From: Callorhinchus milii | Lineage: Eukaryota | Direction of reading: 5' to 3' | DNA: 64,000 nt | Assembly: GCF_018977255.1 (NCBI RefSeq) | Contig: NW_024704743.1 | Location: 72,356,001 to 72,420,000 of the forward strand | In this document: positions 25,901-38,402 of the stretch, piece by piece | Layout of the letters: each line of letters opens with the position of its first letter | How positions within the stretch are numbered: the first letter of the stretch is position 1 | The notes under the pieces: generated by a model | The model's input: only the letters and a program-made list of their open reading frames with translations | Told to the model about the DNA's origin: nothing | Database searches by the model: none | Position numbers and translations under genes: made by a program

Positions 25901-27559
25901 ACGCCATGGAATGTTAAAGTGAGATATCTGGGTGGCATTTTCAGCTTTTTATGATTCATTGGGGAGTACAATTTTGCTCAGATATTCCAAATTGAGATCA
26001 CAGATTTGGACTCTCTAAACACTAGAAATATCCCTGTCTGAAAATAATACTGAAAATCTACAAAAAGGAATCTTTGGAAAAAATAAGATTCAAAGAACGG
26101 TATAGTGGCATTGTTACTCTGTCACTTCGAAAGGATTGGGTCTTGGGTTCTGAACATCATAGAGTGAAAATTACAACATGTAATATGTTAGATATTGATA
26201 AACAGAGTTGAGGCAATAGGTAGAAACATTAGAAAAATGGGTCTTTACCAACGAGCAGACAGCGAATTAGATGGAATGTGTGCCAGAGACACAAAACTAA
26301 ATCATCTGGGTTCAACGCATGAAGAATAGTTACTTGGGAAAGGCACTGGTGGAGCATGGAACAATACCCCAGGACAAGTCAATGCCTACTAGAGATGCGG
26401 TGAGAACATGGGAGAAAGAAAAGCCAAGAAACTTTAGGAACTATGCTTCTATTTTAGGTCTGTGTAACAATTCCCATCTATCATTCATTCAAACTATGTA
26501 ATAAAATCACATCAAATGTCTTGAAATTATTAATAATAATCTGTATGAAATTAGTCATTCCTTAATAATCAGTCTTGCACAAAAAAAATTCAGTCTGATG
26601 AAAATTGCTACAAGCACCATAAATTTCACTTCTGTATCCATGAGCATTTTCTCTCCTTGTAAAGCCTGGATACACTATGAAATATTGATGCATTTATAAC
26701 AGATGAAAGTGGTTGTCTTACCCAAACTGAATGTTAATTGGATTTTTATGCTACCAACACTGAAAACACAAAATTAAGAGTGTGGTTCAATCTCTCTTGT
26801 ATCTAACTAAAATTCTCTTGGCAAAGTTATATAAAGTGTATTTAAATGGCTGGTTTATATGCACAGGTCAAAATGGGAAATAAAGATAAGCGCCTCTAGA
26901 TCACTCTTGATTTAGTTTTTCTGCCTTTTTTTTCTTTTAGAAAATAAATTAGTTACTTCTTAGGCCAGAAGAGAACCACTTTTCACTAGTGAGTCCTGTT
27001 GAGAGCTGTGTAATGTGAAAAGTGAAGCCTAAATCCTATGAGGCAGCACTCAAATACCACAAGTGCAATGACAATTTCAGTGTCAGAGGCTTCAGATCAA
27101 CTTCCATCTGAACTGTTTATTGCAGTTCAGGAATGGGGAGAGAAGGGTGGTCAAACCACTGAAAATTATCAGACATTGAAAAATTAACAGTCAAAAATGA
27201 TCCACTATTTTGGTCCGCAATTTTTGGAAATGTGCTTATTATCGCATGATACCTTGTATCTTTCCCTCTCCCCCTCCATATCATTGTAATAAAATTACTG
27301 ATTCTTGAATAACTTGACTCCCGTAAGAAGTATGTTTTTTTAATTTCAGTGCCACTCCTTATGAGCTGAAACTGCCCCCAAACTATCAACAAATCCCCCA
27401 GAGCTCCTCATGGTCTAACAGTTAAACACTAATGCTTAGATATATTCCTGAGAGTCAGTACAGGTCTCAGCAATGTCACAGCCACTGATTCCCTCCAAGG
27501 GCTCAATGAAACTAAAGTTCCACCACTTTCTGCTGAGCAGGTATTATGAGTCACCAATC

Positions 27560-27860
27560 CAATAGGGTGGGAGGCCCTGCTCTGGTATCTATGTGAGTAA
27601 TTGAATACAATCTTCTTGCTGGCAGTTTTCTTGACATTACAGAAGCTTTTCCTGGCATCCTGCCAGGTTCTTTCATTGCTCGGGATCCTATTTAACTGTT
27701 CAGCAACCTCTTCCCATCCTCTTCTAAGGGATATTGGATTTGGAGGAAGCCGGCGGCAGTCCTATACATTGTGACTGTCTCCCTCAGCACCTCATCAATT
27801 TGGATCTCTTGCTCTGTAAACCTTGACTTCCTGAATCTCTTGAGTAAAGAAACCATCAAG
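27560..27860 (-). pseudogene. Decayed Myb/SANT-like (trihelix) ORF, probably from a PIF/Harbinger transposon
   Basis: Minus strand with one frameshift reads RKSRFTEQEIQI-DEV...RRGWEEVAEQLNRIPSNERTWQDARKSFCNVKKTASKK, fitting the F.E.E...W..VA..LN....RT....RK pattern of Harbinger Myb / NAIF1-MSANTD-type proteins. Confidence 0.7.
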
Positions 27861-28139
27861 GTCATTCCTAGCTTGCTAAGCTTCTTAAACAAATAATTGA
27901 AAATATGTTTTGGTTTGTCAGTGAGGGCAGCTTGGTGGTAATTGTGTGTATTTAGTGCCCAACTACTGTGAAATAATAGTCTTTACAGATCCAGACATAG
28001 GTATTCCAGAAAGTGTCTTTTTTCCAAAGTTCTTTTAATTATATTTAATTGGTCTATTCTAAATATAAACCAGTATTTTGCACAAACTGTGTTGTTGAAC
28101 TACAGCAACATTTTGTATATTGAGTATCAAGGAGTTTCA

Positions 28140-28333
28140 ACAATCCCCCAAAATACGATTGGTCATTCACTCCTTGGCTGTTTGTGGGACATTGTTGTGC
28201 GTAAATTGGCTGCCATGTTCACCCACAAAATACACACCACTTTACAATGTATCCTGTGAAGCCTTTTGAGATGTCTTGACGATGTGATAAGGCACCTTAT
28301 CAAATGCTATATCAAATGCAAGGATTATTATTA
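28140..28333 (+). mobile_element. Deu-type SINE 3' half
   Basis: ggctgtttgtgggacattgttgtgcgtaaattggctgcc followed by the tail. Confidence 0.82.
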
Positions 28334-29099
28334 CATAGTTTATCCCAGATAACTGCATCCCAGTTGGTTATACACTTAGGAGCACTGTGTTATTCTTTAT
28401 GATATTAATACCTCTGGTTACAGAGTTAGCATGGGGGCAAAGTAATAAAACAAATCCTCTGTAGTTAGAGATTTGGCAAAATAAAACTTCAAAGCTTTGT
28501 ATGCTCTAAAGATAATATCACTTATGCCATTAAACATATTTCACTACGATGATAGCTGTTTCTTTTCCTGCCATGAGATTATTCATTTAAATAATACCCC
28601 AGAGGTATACCTAAAAGCTAGCAAATTGCCTAGGAGGTCATTCACCTTTGAATTTGGAAAACTCAAAGATTTGGGTTTAGTGCAAAGGCAATAATAACCT
28701 CAATACTGCAGTCTACCAGGGGATCAGAAGTCTGTCTGGTTGGGCAATGCAGTTAAAGTAATAACAATCTGGTTGTAATGAGTCATTTCCTCGAAAGGAT
28801 TCTATTATGTGATTTAAACAATAGACTGAACCAAAATCAACCATAATGTACAGTACAGAACCCATAATAAAAGTGCCAGTAATACCCTATGTAGCACGAA
28901 ACACAGCAAGCTTTTTTAATTCAATTATTCAAAGTTGTTTCCATATGCGATCCACATATTTAATTTTTTTTATATAAAACCCCCTCATAGATACCCAGAA
29001 TGTTGAAATTTGTTATTTGTAATGCATCCAGTAACACAACCTAGAACATATTGAAATACTTTTTTTAAATAAATTTAATGTGTCCAATTATTTTTCTAA

Positions 29100-29460
29100 T
29101 TTTCTCCCCACTGGCAGGCATATGCCTCTCTGGCCTAGTCTGGCCTCCTCTGGCTGGGTGCTGATTCACAGGTGCTGCTTTCCCTCTGGCACCTCACCTA
29201 AAAGATAATTATTTATGGGAGCAGTCAGCAGGTCACCCGTCTGAATAGGACATTAAAGCTGAGCCTGACCATTCCTCACCTGGCGGCCACACATCTGTAC
29301 AGCCAGAGAGGGACCAGAAGCAGGGATTCAGGACCAATTTACCCTCCAGTCAGCAGTCAATGGCTGAGACCAGCAAACTCAGCATGGACTAGGATTAGAA
29401 CCAGCAAGATCCTGGCCTGGAGGCTTAGCTCTATCCACTGACTACACCACTTGGGCTGCC
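29100..29460 (-). mobile_element. Ancient tRNA-derived SINE, AmnSINE2-like
   Basis: Reverse complement ...ctggttctaatcctagtccatgctgagtttgctggtctcagcc...gtgaggaatggtcaggctcagc resembles the AmnSINE2-type body as recalled from memory; not verified by search. Confidence 0.5.
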
Positions 29461-29964
29461 TCTATGGTGGGATGTTTCAACTGCTATATGTAGCAGTTCA
29501 GGAAGAAAATTTAAACTCTCAATCACGTCTTATTTCTGTCCTGATTTCCCTCCTAGGCTGATTACTCTTAAATTGAATGCCCTTGTTGTAGTCTGAAAAG
29601 AACAACATCAAAAGTTCCTTTTAAGTTATCAATTCTTTCCAACTTTCTTTATAGCTATAGAGCAGCCTGCTGGCTTTCATACTTCAAAGTCTGCAACAGT
29701 GACTACTTCGAAAATTGCATATTAAATTTCTGTAACATATGCATGAGAATTTTTATGACCTGCGCACATTTATGTATTTATTCAATGTACTGTTACCCTC
29801 GTGTTACGAATACCACAGCAACAAAAATTGGCTCATTAAATGCTTTATGTAATTTTATCTTGTAACATGGTCTCCACTTTCTAAATTCTTTGAATTATCA
29901 GGATCTGGTGACTTATAATAAAATAATATTAATCCTTATATCAATATTTGATATAGTGTCTTTC

Positions 29965-30580
29965 CCATCTCAAAGCTCTCGCAACAATGTTATGTGGCAG
30001 TGAGTAAAGCAAACCAGATGTTGTGATGTATCAAAAGATCAATTGCAAGCTGAAATAGTGGAATAATCCTGCTTCTCCATAAATCATTGGTGAGACCATA
30101 CTTAGAGTGCTGTGTACAGCTCTGGTCGCCACAGGACAAAAAGGATATTGGAGAAATTGAGAGAATACACAGGAGGGCAACTAAAATGATTGAGGGAATG
30201 GAAGGACTGGACTATGAGGAGCGACTAAGTAAATTGGGCATGTTCCCACTGGAAAAGAGAAGATTGAGAGGCGATATGATTGCTGTCTTTAAGATTATAA
30301 AGGGGCAAGACAGTATAGATCATGACAGGCTGTTTCAACTTGTCCAGAATAGTAAAACCAGAGGACACAGCCTGCGATTAAAGGGGGTAAATTCAGAACG
30401 AATCTACGCAAACACTATTTCAGTGAGCGAACAGTGAACCTGTGGAACAAGCTCCCTAGGGAGACAGTTGAAGCTGGAAATGGGATTATGGGATACAGTA
30501 CATTGGTAGTTCGGGACATATGCATGCGAACTAGATGGACCTTGGTCTTTTTTGCATCTAGCATTTATTATGTTCTTATG
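29965..30580 (+). mobile_element. CR1 LINE 3' end
   Basis: LVRPYLECCVQLWSP...RRATKMIEGMEGLDYEERLSKLG...TRGHS...NLWNKLP; ttatgttcttatg terminus; same family as 49710-51046. Confidence 0.93.
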
Positions 30581-30589
30581 ATAAATTGC

Positions 30590-30934
30590 TTCACTTGTAA
30601 GTTTACTGACTATGTATTTTGGAGGTAAACACAACAGCAAGTTTGCACATAACAATATCCCACAAACAGCCATAAAGTGAATAATAAGTTTCATTTAAGG
30701 GATTGTTGGCCAGGACTCTTTTCAAATTGTGCCATGGGATCTTCATCAGAAAAGGCAGACTGGATCTTGGTTGAAAGTCTCATGAGAAAAGCAACACCTC
30801 GAACAATCCATCGCACCCCAAGCACTGTGTAAATTGTCACCCTAGACTATGTGAGTTCAAAGTCCTGACCTGCAGTTTGAATTCACAACCTTCTGACTGA
30901 GAGAAGAGACTGCTCCCAACTGAGCCAGGCTGAC
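30590..30934 (-). mobile_element. Older DeuSINE
   Basis: Reverse-complement head gtcagcctggctcagttgggagcagtctc; gtgccatgggatctt and cccacaaacagcc blocks. Confidence 0.78.
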
Positions 30935-31729
30935 ATGCAAAGTAAGAAGTCAGGTGGAATTTTTTTTGTTCCACTTTTTTATTCCTCACTTGTACAAAAT
31001 TTATAGAAACCAGTCTTAAAACTAAAGGTATTGCATTGACACAAGTTTTTTTTACACTTTACAATTGCATACACCCATTAGTGGATCTTAGTTTTGTGTA
31101 ATATTCCTTGCCAAATTCTTGAACACACAAATAATTCCTTTGAGGCAATTTTATCACAGGAGCTTAATTGTGCCACTGCAAGGATTCAATTTAGTGTATT
31201 TTTTTGTCACATTTCTTAATTAAGAAATGAATTTGACAAGATCCTCTTCTCAACTTCAAATAATTTCCGTTTCTCTAGTAGAGCTTGTTGTGCATTCCTC
31301 ACCCCTTCCACCTTACCATTGGCAGCTTGTGTTTCAGCCATTATCTCCTTCTTTCCCGGAATGTCTCCACTTTGTCCCTTCTCTTCTTCCCTTCAACACC
31401 TGTTGAAAATCTCTTCAACCAGCAGTTCAGTGCGTAGGTTGACAAATCCAATGTGTTTATTGGCTGCTTCAAATCCCACCATCCTAATGGACTTGGGGTG
31501 GATTAAACCAACAGACCAGTCAATGCCTTTAGTTATTGCCAGGACGGAACATAGAATTATATGAAAATTAATACCAGGTGTTAATAAACATGTCAAAGAT
31601 CACAATTTTCCTCCTAAAGTTTACAAATTCAAAATGAATAATAAAGTTGCATACAACGATTCCACTCTGAAATAAAAAAGTTCAGCAAAATGTTAATCAG
31701 ACATATGTTTGTGGAATTCTTTTCCATTA

Positions 31730-31960
31730 ACTCTGAAAACTAGAGAAGGGATTTTCTCCCAGTGTCCTGGCCAACATACCTCAAATAAAATTGGCCACAA
31801 ATAAAATTGATTATTCACCTCAAGGCTGTTTGTAGGATATTGTTGTGCATAAATTAACTGCTGCATTTGCTCAAAAAAAGGCATAGTCATTGCACTTTAC
31901 AATATATCCTACATCCTCTTGACATGAAAAGGCACTGTACCAAACGTAACGATTATTTTA
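31730..31960 (+). mobile_element. Deu-type SINE 3' part
   Basis: gtgtcctggccaac...ggctgtttgtaggatattgttgtgc followed by the tail. Confidence 0.65.
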
Positions 31961-32280
31961 AAACTGAGTTGTGTTTTGTGCCAGAGAAGGTCCATAGTGG
32001 GGATCTGTGCCTCGGATGAATCATCTCGGGAAAATAATAATAATAATCCTTGCATTTGATATAGTGCCTTATCTCGAATTCAAGACATCTCAAAGCACTT
32101 CACAGAATTTACTTAAACTGAATTGTAAACTGAATTCAGTTGAATTGAATTATTTTGTGGGTGGAACGGAGAAGGAGCTGGACAGCAACAAGCAAGTGAA
32201 GGATAGGGCAAGAATCCGTTATTACATCTCAGAGACATGGTCAATTTATTCTCAACCAATTCTTGATCTATGACTTCCTG

Positions 32281-32297
32281 CACACACACACACACAC
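32281..32297 (+). repeat. (CA)n microsatellite
   Basis: cacacacacacacacac. Confidence 0.8.
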
Positions 32298-33131
32298 CAA
32301 ACACGCAGAAATTTGTGAATTCCTTTTCCTTGCTAGGTTTAACACAGCAGGCACCTGAACTGACTTGATTTCCTGCCTAATAATTAAGATTTGGACAGTG
32401 TATTGAGCACCGTGCCAAATATGAGTGGATATCAATTCTGTCTTTTCTCCAAAGTTTAGAGGAGAATTTCAATCTTATGTGTCATTTCAAGCTGCTGGGC
32501 AGGCCACATGACCTCTATCAGCAAAATAACCAAGATAAGCCCTGCTTACCGTGCCATCAATCAGCCACCTTGAGTGTCTGGAGTATTAGAGATAGTGGAG
32601 TATCAGAATCAATCTTTACAATAATAACGGGATTATGAGCTTCCTTGTCCAGTAATAAACAAAATAAACCACTCCTACAACTTTATTCCCAAAGCTTCAC
32701 TGTAGCGACTGTGTAATGGAAAATCAACATAAAATATCATATAACCTTTTTGTGAGAGCCTTATGTGCTATGAATAGCAATGATTAATGTTAGCTCCTTC
32801 CTATTTTAAAATGTTTTCCCCCTATTTTATTTCTCCAGAGTCTCTCACGACACATTTCATCTGCAAGCATGATTAAGAGAAACTGGGCTCATTCCAGCCC
32901 TCCACCAAATCTCCTCCATACCTCAGTAGGAAGTGAGCAGAAGTTTCCCATTTTAATTTCCTTCTTCTATAACAAAGCACCTGATTTCTAAATCTATCCT
33001 CCTCCATCCTGTCTGCTGCGTAGGTTCAGGTGCATGTGTAAGGAACACATGTGTATGAAGGCATCTCATCTGTTCTATGACAGATTGTGTTCTAATAATG
33101 TTAATTAGTATTGCCATTAATTCACTCCTCA

Positions 33132-33440
33132 AACAACAACAACAAATTATATTTGCGTAGCGCTTTTCACGTCGGGAGGACAGATCTCAATTCCAGAGTC
33201 CCGCTATCTCGTCCCCTTCCTCCCCACCTTTAAAACCTATGTTTTAATCTTTTATCTTTCAGTTATCTTCCCTCTCCCCCCCAACTCCCCCCACCTCCAC
33301 CTCTCCTCCCCCATTTCTTCCACAGCTTCCCACCTCCTTTCTCCCCAGCTCAGATGCTCACCCAGTTGTGTGAAATGCTTTGAGACATCCTCCCAGTGTG
33401 AAAGGCGCGATATAAATGTAAATTGTTGTTGCTGCTTCTT
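33132..33440. mobile_element. Two L2 3' ends in opposite orientation
   Basis: Minus-strand tail caacaacaac...cacgtcgggagga (33132-33181) followed by a plus-strand 3' end ending aaaggcgcgatataaatgtaaattgttgtt. Confidence 0.7.
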
Positions 33441-36197
33441 CAATTTGGTAAGTTTTTTCTACCAAGCGATCCAGATGGACAGAAATTTGACATGACTGTC
33501 AGCAGATATTTTCGACCTCTTGTACTTCCTATTATGTTGCCAGTTTCTGTGAGTAGCAAAGTCATTTTAGTGACAATAGCTTTTTGTGGTCCTTTCCTTT
33601 AACACTATCCAGACAGAACTCAAGAGGATGCCTCAAATGCAGGCCCAGGGATTCCATTGCCAATTGCTAAAGAAAAGCATCAATCAGATTATTAGTGACA
33701 TTCTCAAGGACTGTGATGGCTTTGATATTATTGTGCAGGCACCAGTTTTTCAGGTCAATCTTCACGGTACTCTCGGTATTTGATTTAGCTTCAGACTTAG
33801 GTTTTATCACCCTGTCCTCTGGGGGCCTGTGGCTGTTCCCACTGGTCCAAAAGTGTGGGCTGTCATTAAACAGTTTAACGATCCATACAGTCTTTATTCA
33901 TGCTTAAAAATTCCTCCCTGAGGTGATCAACTGAGGAATTGGTGGCCCTCATTTCCATTAAGAAGAATTGGATTATCTCCTGGTCTGGCTGACTCCAATA
34001 ATTTACCATTTTCTTAGTATGATGTGATTTGATCGCTGACACTGTAAACCTGTTGTATCATAACACTACAGGAATGCCCCATTGTGCAGAGCCAAAGTCA
34101 CAGCCCAACCCTAACCCAACAAAGCAAGGAACTGGAGCATCGGAGCTGTAGCTCATAAAATCAGTGAGGTAATAAATGTCTTTACAAGCCAGCTCTGGGC
34201 GTTTGCATGTTGAGCTGGGTATTGATTGAGTTTATCACCACCACACAAGAAAGCTGCAGACTGGATGACATTTTACAACCATCTCTCTAGCTTGTACAGA
34301 GAGTTGAAAACACAAGCCATAGTATTAAGTCTCTGTGTACTGAAGGCACTTTTCTACCTTTGCACACTGGGACATTTTTCCTTCTATCCTAAATTTCCTT
34401 TGAATTCCAAGTGAATGCTGCAATACAAAATTAGGGAAAATACCAAGGCATTGAATGTTTCTTAATTTATAGAATTAATTGAATAAATGAATAATGGAAA
34501 TCTTGTAATTCAAACCAAGTAATTGGATGCACATCGAGAGGATTAGATTACAAATCAGAACACGTTTTATTAACCTTGGAATCTAAATTACTGCAATTAC
34601 TAAGGAGTTCCTTAATAGCGACTCTGAGTTGCAAATCGGGACTCCATGCCTATCATGCTCTGAATATAGATCAGAGTGAGAGTATTCACATGGTCGACAT
34701 GACACATACTTCAGAATACTGGAATGACAACCCAATTTCCAAATGTTAGTCCCTGATGAGGAAACTTATTCTGAATCAACAATTTGGTAATGTCAGATAC
34801 ACTTCTGGTGCATAATGTGCATGCACACAGGCAGAAATGTCAGTGCACTTCCTGCGCTACCACACAGGACAAAGGAAGTGACTCAGCAACAATCCAACAA
34901 CCTGGCAGTCACCCTTTTTTCACATTTCATTTTAACCAAGGGATCTGAGCTTCTGGAGCCAGACCACCATCGTATAATGGGGTTTCCCTGTACTAGAAAG
35001 AGTACTGTAGAGGGCGACTACATTTTAGGCTTTAGATAAAACTGAAGGCATTTAAAAGGATCAGTCCTAAAATATCTCTAATTTTTCCTAACATTAGAGT
35101 TTAGCCCGTTCTTTCCCCCCAACGTTAGAGTCATTTACTGGCCCTTGCCCCATATCCTTTGATAGCCTTACCTAACCCTTACTCCTACCTGCTGCTCTTA
35201 AATATGTTGACAATTACACAACAAGGTTTCTACGCGGTTGAGCCTGGGCTGGGTATTGATTGGCAAACTGCGCTGCAAATTAGCAAGAAAACAACTCGCA
35301 GACAACTAAATCTCAAATAACTATTACCTTCCATTACCTTCAGTAGTTGAACAGCTGAAAACAAGGCTGGTGGTATGAGTAATTATAATATGCTGAGCAG
35401 AAGCCGTGAACATAAAATTGTTAATTTTTTATTTGCATACACACATTTGGCATTGCTCACTAAAAGCTGCACGAATTGCAAAATATTAATATGATAAGTT
35501 CCCTGAAACAATCATGATGTGCCTAGATTGGGAGAATGCTGGGATTTGAAATCTAAATATTTTCGTACCAGGTGCATATCAGTATCATATTGCTCCATCT
35601 GTCTTTTCAAATGCCAGTACTATTCAGGCTCCTAAAATGTGATTCTTTTTAACTGCAAGGCATCTGCCTCTACCCTTTATGGAAATAATAGGATACATGG
35701 AAGTTTCTCATGCACCCTCCAGACAAGGATTTATCAGTCACCTTTTTAATGTTCTTGTTGGTGTCACTCTCGGTCGCTCACAGCCATTAGCTTTTTGACA
35801 AGATGAATCCAGTGGAGCTTGATCTCTAAGGATTACACAAATCCAATGGATAAACCTTCAAGCAGACTTCTAATTGAGATAAAGAACCTTTAGCACAAAT
35901 TACGCCCATCATATATTTTGCAAATGATAACTGGTAAAAATATTGTATAGCTTGCTTGTAGCTGTCAGTCATTTAGTTACAAAGTGCTGCCACTTTCTTG
36001 GGAAATGTAGCAGCAAAGATTGTGTGCAAAGATCAAACAGTTGTGAATATAGGACTACTGTTCCCATGGGTATTGTGCCACAAGGCAGTAACATAATTGT
36101 CAGGTTCATGTGACGTCAGAAATTGTGACAACAAAGTGGTATTGATATCCATCTGAAATTTAAGAACATGTTGAAACCTTCTAACATTCTTTTGGGT

Positions 36198-36570
36198 GTA
36201 ATAATAAACCTTGCATTTGATATAGCACCTAAAATGTTGAAACATTTCAAAGCACTTCATAGGGAATTGCTATCAAGTGTAGTGACTGTGTATTTGTATG
36301 CAAACATGGTAGTAAAATTGCACCCAGCAAGTTCCCACAGACAGCTATGAATTGAAGGATTATTGACTGGGACAACAGAAGAAACTCCCTTTTCGTTTTG
36401 AAAAGTATGATAGGATCCTTAACTTCTGCTTGAGCCTTGGTTTAATGTCTCATCTAAACTATGGCACCCCTAACAATGCAGCACTCTCCCCAGAATGTTA
36501 TTAAAATATCAGAATAGATTGCAACCTATAAATCCCGCCATCTATCCTGAACCCACAACCCTATGATCAA
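36198..36570 (-). mobile_element. Older DeuSINE
   Basis: aataataaaccttgcatttgatatagc tail; cttggtttaatgtctcatc Deu block. Confidence 0.7.
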
Positions 36571-37228
36571 CTGAACTGGGTGTTATATTAGTTTGAATGT
36601 ATAAAATCATGATCTTGTTTGTACATTTTTGAATTACTGCAGTATATAAGTTCCTTAGTGGGCAGGGTTAATAAGTGTGAGACCTAATCCCTTAGAATGT
36701 TGGAAACGCACACATATTATGTTTCCCATTAATGTGTTGTGCTGAAGCATTGTGATGTGTTGAAAGCAAGTAAGGTGATACCGATATTGGGGCCAAAACT
36801 AATAACACAATGTACCATCACGGCAATGTAAAGTTCTTTCTTGCACTTTGATCCAATTTATGTTTCCCTAATATATTACATACAGATTTTTAGAAGACGA
36901 TGGTTCTACAACAGATGGCTCACTTAAAAACCATTGGAAGTAGGGGATTTCATGGGTCAAATTTCTTCTCCCAATCCATGTTTTCTTCTTATTATTTAAA
37001 ATAATATGGTTGGATGTCTCAAAGTGCTTCACAGGATTTACTGTTAAATGCAGTGATTTCATTTTGATACGTGTATTTTATGGGGAATGTTCTTGAGTGA
37101 CATTGAGCTCGGTAACTTATGAGCATTTACATTATTTTTTAGAAACATATTAAAGCCAAGACGCATTTTATTTTTACATTTTATAAATTAGAAGAGTTTA
37201 TAGAATTGTGTGATATTTATTCCCATAA

Positions 37229-38402
37229 GAACAACAACAACAACTACAAATTACATTTGTATGCCGCCTTTCACGTCAGGAGGACATCCCAAGGTCCTGG
37301 ACAGTCAGGGATTTGGACCCGAGCAGGAGGTTGGGATCAGGATGGTTGGAGGGCAGGGAAGGTAGGTGTAGGAGGGTGGCCAAAGGTGTGGTTGAAGAGG
37401 AGGCAAGGGTGGGAGCGAGGCAAACAGAATGTGGGATGGAGTTTCAAGGGTGGGGTCAGAGAGGCTGAAGCCCTGACCGCCGATGGTGGGTTGGGCCAGA
37501 CAGGATATATGGAGCAGGCCAAAGCCTGCTGAGCGGAGGGAATGGACAGGTTGACATGGTGTTAGCAGGTCACAGAGGTAATAATAATAATAATAATAAT
37601 CCTTGCATTTGATATAGCGCTTTTCACGTCGGGAGGACGTCCCAAAGCGCTTCACAGAAGACACTGTAAAGTGAATTGACTGTATATTTGTGGGCGAACG
37701 CGGCAGCCAATTGCGCACAGCAATGTCCCACAAACAGTCGTAGATTGAAAATGACCAATTTTAATTATTGTTTTTGGTTTTTGGAGGGATTATTATTAGG
37801 CGTGTGGAGTAAGGAAACTTGCCCAAGGTTTCGCCCTGCCTGGAATTGAACTCAGGTCTCTCACTTGCAAAGCGAGTGCTCTAACCACTGAGCTACAGGA
37901 CTCCACAGGTAGGGAGGGGCAAGGCCATGGAGAGCTTTGAAGGCGAGGCTGAGGATTTTGAACTCTATTCTCTGGGAGATGGGGAGCCAGTGGAGCCGGG
38001 CGAAGGTGTGAGTGATGGCTCCACAGAGCCTGGTGCAGGAGAGGACATGAGCTGCAGAATTCCAGATGATCTGCAGCTTGTAGAGGAAAAATTTGGGAAG
38101 GCCGACAAGAAGTTGGTGTAGTTGAGCCTAGATGTAATAAATGCATGGATAAGGGTTCCAGTGGCCTGAAGGGTGAGACAGTGGCGGATCCGGGCGATGT
38201 TGTGGAGGTGGAGGAAGGCAGAGCGGATCATTGCACAGATGTGGGGTAGAAAAGACAGTTGAGGGTCAAACAAGATGCCAAGGTTATGGACTGGCTAAGT
38301 GAGGTGGATTGTGCATCCACGGATGGTGATGCTGCCAGTGCCTGAGGTGTGGAGATGCTGATGGGAGCCAATCAGGAGGGCCTCGATCTTGTTGATATTC
38401 AA
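37229..38402 (-). mobile_element. 5'-truncated L2 with nested SINE
   Basis: FDPQLSFLPHI...AFITSRLNY motifs on the minus strand; (CAA)n tail at the left end. Confidence 0.9.
37581..37906 (-). mobile_element. Full-length young tRNA-Deu SINE
   Basis: Near-identical to 1510-1833; 5-bp TSD aggta at 37576-37580 and 37907-37911. Confidence 0.93.

Noticed and set aside
33665..33865. About 65-codon open frame on the minus strand
   Set aside because: No recognisable domain or splice boundaries.
34753..34780. CTGATGA-GGAAAC hammerhead-like boxes
   Set aside because: No convincing stems I and II.
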